Source: Trichoplax sp. H2 (lineage: Eukaryota). From it: a stretch of 64,000 nt of DNA. Where the stretch lies: positions 62,001-126,000 of the forward strand of contig NOWV01000124.1 in the NCBI GenBank assembly GCA_003344405.1, given 5' to 3'. The number at the start of each line of letters is the position of its first letter. Position 1 is the stretch's first letter. The translations under genes were made by a program, and so were the position numbers. The notes under the pieces were generated by a model. It was not told the DNA's origin, did no database searches, and saw only the letters and a program-made list of their open reading frames with translations. Of this stretch, positions 56,213 through 64,000 are shown one piece after another.

Positions 56213-58037
56213 ATTAGTTTTGCTGAATCTTCGAAAATTGCTATCATAAATAGTCACAAATTAGTTATCATAGTTATGATTTAATTAGGCAAATAGAATT
56301 AGCTCAAGTTAAGTGTTATATTGAACAGCTATATCTTATTTACAGCGCATGGTCTAATTTATTCTTGTAAAATGATAGAATGTTCGCCTGTAGATAGTAG
56401 TACGTACCACCAAAATTATTACGAAATTATCTCAACAAAATATCTAAATCTGGTTAAGTACAGAGTTTAAGCCACGTAAAGATGTTCTTAATATTTACAG
56501 TTAGCTTTCAGACTAATTTTAATTAACAGTAATAATCGATTACCTGTTTTAGCAACCGATATTATATCAACAAAATAATTATAATGGATCTTCTAAAACT
56601 ATAGACGCGTTAAAATTGTGATGTCACACAAAATATTTTTAGCATAATGTGGGGTAGATGATTATAAAATGAAGCACAGTATGGTATAAAATCATAAGTA
56701 TTTGGCTCTAATAATCTACATCTATGTCAGTAACTGATAGTAAATCATAATATTTGATTTAACACTAAACGACCAATCGCGGAAGTAAATAGTCACCGCG
56801 GCAGTGAAGCAATAGCCTGCAAAGGATGAATAATTATCAGCTGATCACGAAAATAGCGGCTCCGTTGAATAGGTAAATGTAATTAGTTAGCAAACAATGT
56901 TACTAAGATTATATTATTCCTATTATATATTTTTCGCATCCAAATCAAATATCAATAGATATTTACCCATGTACCAGCTGTCGTAACTACCATTATAGTA
57001 AAAAAGCGCTAAATGTAATAAAAATGAGAAAGTAGAATAAAATTTCAAAAAAATAAAAGCAGCTCGTAAGTTTTGCGTGATTTTCTTCTACATCTATTAG
57101 TTAAAAGGGTGATCATTCGATACGTTTTATCTTTCTAATAATAGAAGAAAACAATAATATTAATAATGAATAGTCTGATGGTTGGAAATAACCATAGGAA
57201 AATTTAACCGGTAAACTGTAATGCATAAACAGAGACCAAACATTTTAGAAAATTTCTAACTGGGTTATTTTCAAAGTATTAAGGCAGTTTTACTGGGCTA
57301 TTGGTGAATTTATTACTACATTCAAGGATTGACTATTTAGTTATAATTAAAATTTTTTGGTATTATTTCGAGTTTTACGTTTCCAGGTACATTAAGAAAG
57401 ACTATGTTATTGATGTGTACTGGTAAAGTATAACTACTATCGCAACATATATAAAAAGTTTCCACCCATTCTGAGAGATGGTAAAGGATGAGTTTCGCAT
57501 GACAATCTACATATCAGCATGCTGGCTCATATAGCACAGATAATTACATTAAGCACAATCATAACGTAAATCTATACGTTAGCTTTACTCCAAGAAAATT
57601 ACAGTAAACTGTTGCCATCACTTTTCTGTTAATAGAATACGAACTGGTCTACGATCTGATTTGCTCCGTTTAATATCATATATAGTGTAAGATGACTGCA
57701 ATTGTTTAGATTATTGTCAAGATTAACCTAAGTCAGTAAATTCCTATGACTAGAATAAGTTAGGAATTTTAATTTTGCTGAAGTTTAATGAAATTTATAG
57801 CTAGGTAATGGGAACTTAATATTAATTAAATTATATTATAAATGTTCTGAAAATACCTAGCCAATATTTATCAATTCATAAATATGTTCGTTGATAGTTC
57901 GTATCAAATGTAAGTATTCGTCGAATATACTTAATATGACTATCACTTAAAGAAATAATCTCATAAATCACAGTATCAAGTCCGATACTAAATTTACATA
58001 TAATAATGTACTATTTATATATTACTTAAAAACCGCC

Positions 58038-58607
58038 TGTCACAAACCAGCTTCGTGACGAAGATAACGTAAAACAAGTGTTTAAATCAATATAGTCTCC
58101 GGGATTCAGTATCCCTTAACTACCTCACAAGAATTTAGACGCTTTCGTTTCTACGTTAAAACAACTATATAACTCTTTTTTTATTCAACTATCTGCCGAG
58201 CTTAAATACCTTTCGTTAGCAGCTATCATGCATGAGTCATAACAGTTCAAGAAATTTAGCTCATATTGGATAGCCAAATTACTACAGACATTATTCATAA
58301 TTTTGGACATGTGCTGAACGATTCTAGATAATTAGACTACAGTATGTCCACACACAGAATTATCTATATTGTATCGTCTATAATTGAATTTCTTCAGGAT
58401 ATTCATCACAAGCGTTACAAGACATAACACTATATTCAATTAATATTAGTTACCTTAAGAGAAGTCTTACTACAATACAGCATAATTTACTGTAACAAAA
58501 TAATAACTACCGTAGTTCTTACCGTAAGTCATTATTAATTATCGCCATATATAATGTTAAACACTAAATTTAGTCATTTACTCTTCACAGTAGTTCGTCC
58601 CGTGACA
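58038..58607 (-). mobile_element. Family A-related solo LTR, inverted
   Basis: TGTCAC...GTGACA ends; perfect TSD CCGCC; left end resembles the reverse complement of the family A right end. Confidence 0.8.
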
Positions 58608-60861
58608 CCGCCTTAATCATGTTCATGAATTTATACACTAGTGTTGCTAGCTAATTATTTGTTAACTTCTTACACTGACTATATAATATATATATTCACT
58701 GAGAGATATGTTTTTACGGTTGGTATAGCAGGTTTACCTATTTCTTCTCAGAATAAATTGTGGAAGATCTCAGAAAATTAAAAATAAGCGTAAAAGCGAA
58801 GGTTTTCAAACTTAAACTTATAATTTCACATTAATTTTACAATCATGAAATAAACAAACAATTCATTAAGATAGTACATAGCTCATAGCTGAAAGCAACA
58901 TCAATGTACTGAAATTAATGCCTATAAATCAATATTTATAGCGTAAAAAAGAAAGACTACTGGTACGGGTTTACATTAGGTTTATTAGCCTCGACAGTTT
59001 TCTACCTGCTTTCCTCTAACTGAAATACTGGCTCTTATCAATTTAGGAATGAAATCTCAACGTACACTGTTAGCTAAGTAAACACCAATTAATTATTATC
59101 ACTTACATATTATTTCAAAAATTCGTAGTTGTCTATTAAATATCCATGAAATCCTAAGTAAAGGTATTATCAATCAATACTAAGCAGTATTATTTATCAA
59201 AATCGGACGAGAAATTTTTCAGACAATGCCATTTCGTAATAGTCATATATTAATGTGTCGGAATAATCTTATGAAAATTAATATACTACTACGAGCTAAA
59301 TGTAAAATATTCTAGTATTGTTATTGCTACGAGTATATTCGTGCAAATAATTCTAACTAATAACGATTTTCTACCGTTTATACAAGCGTTAAGAACATAA
59401 GAAGGTTTAATTAAAGCATAATAGCGATCGATGCTATTAGTATTTATTCCTCAAGGGTATTCGACTTGAAGTATAGATAGAATCGCACCCACGATATGCT
59501 GCTAACAAAAAATAAGGCAAATTTGTTTTTACACTGTTGCTATTCCAATTTTTACTGGCGCAAATACGTTTGATATACTATCGGAAGTGAAACAAAATAA
59601 CATTGAAGAATCTATTATTAGGCAAATTTCAGTTAGCAGTAAATACCTAGAAATGATATATTGGTAAATAACCAAATAAACAGACGTTTATCAATCAACT
59701 GTTACATGAATTCTGTCAAAGGCGTTCAATAACGGTTGATTAATTAATAATCACCTAGATAGATTATGATTATAACTTCTGCTATAATATGACTTGCATT
59801 AGCTCATTTTTATAGATCCTATGTATGGCAAAAGCATTTGCATTATCTATGCTTTAAGATAATCCAAATTACAGATAATTACGAATTACTAATGTAGCCA
59901 GCAATGCCAGCTACACTTAAATTTGATAAAAGTGTAGCTTAATTGCTGCTTTATGCAATTATACCTACAGTTGCATTCTCAAAAGGTGCTATAAATCAAT
60001 ATAGAACGTTACATTTATGCAATAAGTAATAGAATAAATCTAAACTACCTTTCATGTTGCCGTCGCTAGTGATTGTATTGTGATAGATGGGAAGGTAAAA
60101 AGATGCTTTATTCGATCATTTTGTACAATGTCGCGGTATAAGCTTGCTTTCTGCCCCCCCCCCCTATATACTCTACTTTCAATATACGACATTATGAAAA
60201 TGAAATTTTCTATATCGTTAGCCTACGTAGCGTTTCCTATATTGTAAAAATAAGTATATAAGGTTCATCTCATAAAATTTCGATGAGCTCCTAGCATCAT
60301 TTAAGGGTAGAGTAATAGGAACTGCAATCCGCTAAAAATTTCTAAAATGTTATTGACAAAGGACTATTGCTACCATTAAACACCTTTATTATTGCATATT
60401 ATGACTGAGATTTGTATACGTATCGTATCATAGCAATATTCATAATTCCTTCATATCATTTTTACTTAGAGAATAAATTTTCTTTAAAATAATGCAATCA
60501 GTCATATTGCTCACTAGCAACTTCAATATATCCCTAGATAATTGCTACAACTCGGTTAAAATAAGCAGCCAAAATGACGATATGTAGTAGACTATGCAAC
60601 ATTTTGTTAATGTTTTCTTGAAATGGCAACTTAGTACAGTAATTTGAAACACAAACTTTGTCCCGACCAATATATCATTATATATTACGTAATATTTCCG
60701 AATAAATGATAGAATAGCGAATACTTCTGAAAGGCTAGCAAAGTTTTTATACTTGCATGATCTATGAGAATAGAGTGAAATTGCCGCAAGTACATCAATT
60801 CAGATAGAAAAAATTAAAAAACTGTACATACATTGAATTAATGCTGCATTGTAATTTTTTT

Positions 60862-61857
60862 TTAATATTGAGACGAACGGACAAAAATCGTCAAGCTTGG
60901 TGCAGATATATCATGAACAAGGAATTTTTTCCGGCTGAATATTCTTTTCACTTTTGCTCGAATATTAGAATCAAATTTCAGGCATAGAAATGGATTAAAA
61001 ATTGCCATGCTCATAATCACCGAAAAGGCCAATAAGGAAATTACAAAAGCGAATACACTCCGCTTACGAATTTGTAACATTGATTGTTGAGTTATTGCTA
61101 AAGTCAGTAGAAGCAAACACGATGGCCATGAGGATAAAATATAGGATAATGAAATACTAGAAAGTGCTTTGATTAATTTTCGTTTTCTAATGTCATCCAG
61201 ACGTTGTGAAGATTGTCCAGGTCGTACATAATTACGTTGATGGGTAATTATTTGCCAATACATAACTGACAATAAAATAGAAGGCATAATATGCAACAGA
61301 ACTGCATAAAATATGAGACATAATGAAACACTTATGGTTATGTCTGGAAAATCACAAAGTCTAGTATCTTCTATGTTAGTTCCAGCGAAAAATAAAGCAG
61401 GTATAGGGATTAATGTAGAAAGCATTAATATCAAAATCTCACTAGCTATCAATATCTGCTTCTTATGTAAGCGGTAACAGGGTAAAAATGGCTTTACCAC
61501 TGCCATGTAGCGATCAATTCCAATTAAAGTCAAATTTAAGATAGAAACACCATAAGATGCAAATATAACGTAAATGAAAATTTTACATGTAACCAATACT
61601 GAATAATAATTGTGGCTGTTTCCAGCAACAAATACACAAGAAGCGAACGAAACAGAATTGCTTACTGTATCAGAAATAACTCCGATTAACATCAGAACAT
61701 AATTCGTTTTATGGAAATACTTGTCGGTTATCAAAATATATATTAAAGTTATATTTCCAGCCAGTCCGACGCTAGACAGAAAAAATCCAGATACTGCAAG
61801 GCAAGAATATAATATATCGAATTCCGTAGACGCATTGTAATAGGTAGAATTCATCAT
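60862..61857 (-). CDS. Orphan class A GPCR, ~331 aa from ATG 61857 (paralog 11)
   Basis: MMNSTYYNAS start; TM1 AGN, GIDRY, CDFPD, HQRNYVRPGQ, NPFLC. Confidence 0.9.
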   Translation of the reverse strand: MMNSTYYNASTEFDILYSCLAVSGFFLSSVGLAGNITLIYILITDKYFHKTNYVLMLIGVISDTVSNSVSFASCVFVAGNSHNYYSVLVTCKIFIYVIFASYGVSILNLTLIGIDRYMAVVKPFLPCYRLHKKQILIASEILILMLSTLIPIPALFFAGTNIEDTRLCDFPDITISVSLCLIFYAVLLHIMPSILLSVMYWQIITHQRNYVRPGQSSQRLDDIRKRKLIKALSSISLSYILSSWPSCLLLLTLAITQQSMLQIRKRSVFAFVISLLAFSVIMSMAIFNPFLCLKFDSNIRAKVKRIFSRKKFLVHDISAPSLTIFVRSSQY

Positions 61858-64000
61858 GCAAAGAAAAATATTTAAAAATTTCTCTTGTTCCAATAGAAGA
61901 TAGCTGATGATGCAAACTACACTAATATTTTTGAATTGAAACCCCTGACCAAATATAAATGCTTTCGCAGCTGCTGCTAAACAACGATTCCGTAGCTGCC
62001 TTTCAATCTTGCTGATGCCTACTGATATTAAAATACACAATGTTAGGGATTCTTATAACTTTATTTCTCTGTATTTGTAACTCCGAGCAGTCGTAAATGG
62101 CTTCCAATGACAATAAGACGAAACGAAAGGAAAGATATGGATTTGTTCGATTATTATTATTAATTCGAAGCGAATAAACTATTGATCAAATACTCTTAAT
62201 AGGAAGAACAACAGCTTCAGGAAGTATGACTAAAAATAATAAGATGATAATTAAAATTAAAAACACTGATTTATGAGCATGAGGCAAAGCTAACAATTGT
62301 AAATACAATAATTGTGCATTCGATCCATTTTGTATCAATAACTCAAATCCAGTCAATAAATATGTATGTTACATGGGCACCAGATGCCATTGTATTAGCC
62401 AATTGTACCATGTAGCTATAGCTGCTAATGATGGATAACACCATGACTACTTTAAACAATATTTAAATATTTTAAAATAGCCAAAATAGATCACCTATGT
62501 TATCTCTTCAGCACGTTAATTAATTTATTTTCGTTCCATATCATCTATATATTGATTCTCTGCGAGTCTTTAGAGAAATAATTTGCTTTTATAGGATCAA
62601 ACAAAAATTGAATCATCGTGTTCTTTTCGTTTTTATCGATCACAGATTACTATCAATTTATGATCGAGGTATATACAGTAAAGGGAATTGAAATTCTACC
62701 ATCCTGCTATATTAGAAAATTTGAGATTCGATATAGACTGTTAGTACCAAGGCTATTTCTTTGTTGATGGATTCTACTTTTACTTTCTAAATTTAAAATT
62801 TTACAACTCTCGTTAATATGAGGACTAAATTTACCCTCAGAAATATTCAAATGTTTATTTTTCTCAATGCCATGTATTATAGCTATCATTAATTACTCAT
62901 GTTTTTTCCTAATGAATAACAAGACATTGACAAACTAAAACATAACGCCACATATTAACAGTGACAAAATATAGCATTAAAATAGATATACTTAATTATA
63001 CCAAAACGTCACTTAGCGATTATTTACTTTACCATTCCAAGATGACCACTAAAATAAAATCACACCTCGCTGTTCCTGGGTTATTGATATGAATAGCAGC
63101 ATACAAAATTGAATAAATTTTCGGTAATTATATTTAATGTCTTTATGTTTTTGTGTAGAAATTTATTTTAATATTAGGTCAATAAAGGGCTTGTACCATA
63201 ATTATGTTACGGCTAATATCCAAATTCTATTATGATATACGGGTATATTCGTATTTATTATTGGAAAACTAAAGATTTTTTCTAATAATTGTTTATAAAA
63301 TATACTATATATACTGAAGTAGGCTGCTTATCCTATCGAAATCAGCAAGATTGCTCTCTCTTATAACTAATCTGTTGCTTTTACTGATTTATACTGTCTA
63401 AATGGATATTTAAAAAATATCGATAATACAGATTTTAAACGATAGAAAGGTAGATAAAAATACTACTCTTGTATTCTTATAGTCAATTATATACGTGCGT
63501 ATTCGTATATATCATAATATTTGGTTATTGTTAAACAGTTGGGTTATTAAAGAGTCATGGACTTTAATACTGTCTTATTATGCTATTAACTCCATTGTTC
63601 ATTTATTTCTAGACTTTCACGAAAGCTCTTTTGAACTGAAAAATTGCTTTCCAACTTTGAATTTAGTTCAAGCATTTTCCTATAAGATTAATATTACAGG
63701 TTTACCTCTTCAAAATCCCAAATTTAAAATGCCGTTTTGTAATGTCTTTATCCTATCATAGTTATAGATTAATCCGATACTATATGATGATTCTAAAATT
63801 AGGGTAGAAGACATATCCAGGTAGATTTAGGATAAATTATCCACGCCATTTACGCTCTTATATCTACCCAGGTATTTTATAAATTTCTTCCACTCTAACT
63901 CAAGGATTTACTCCTATAAAGTACTTTTCAGTATGTCATACTTACAAATTAAAAATGAATTCGTTGATTATTAAGCTGAGTCAAAAGTATCGGATATTCT

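Noticed and set aside
56700-58000. A twelfth, lost GPCR copy
   Set aside because: Only non-coding similarity to ~52990-53070; no GPCR motifs recognisable.
1-64000. CRISPR arrays, rRNA or prokaryotic systems
   Set aside because: No regularly spaced repeats or operon-like ORFs; the sequence is eukaryotic with spliceosomal introns.

Overview
AT-rich eukaryotic (animal) genomic DNA. The low GC, short introns and a large family of intronless orphan GPCRs suggest a placozoan such as Trichoplax; this is an inference. Three layers are visible. (1) At 63-4279 (-) is a spliced EPHX2-like soluble epoxide hydrolase gene that the ORF track mostly misses: 15 exons lie in the window, the gene runs off the left edge, the hydrolase motifs are intact and all HAD phosphatase motifs are degenerate. 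(2) At 10.3-61.9 kb is a head-to-tail array of 11 single-exon rhodopsin-class GPCR paralogs, all on the minus strand: 7 intact and 4 pseudogenes. (3) The intergenic DNA holds many 280-630 bp TGT...ACA elements with 5-bp target-site duplications (TSDs), consistent with solo LTRs. Several are nested, one sits inside a GPCR CDS, and two retain tRNA primer-binding sites (Leu, Ser), one of them followed by a decayed gag-like start. A 20-N gap lies at 42980-42999. All coordinates were read by eye.
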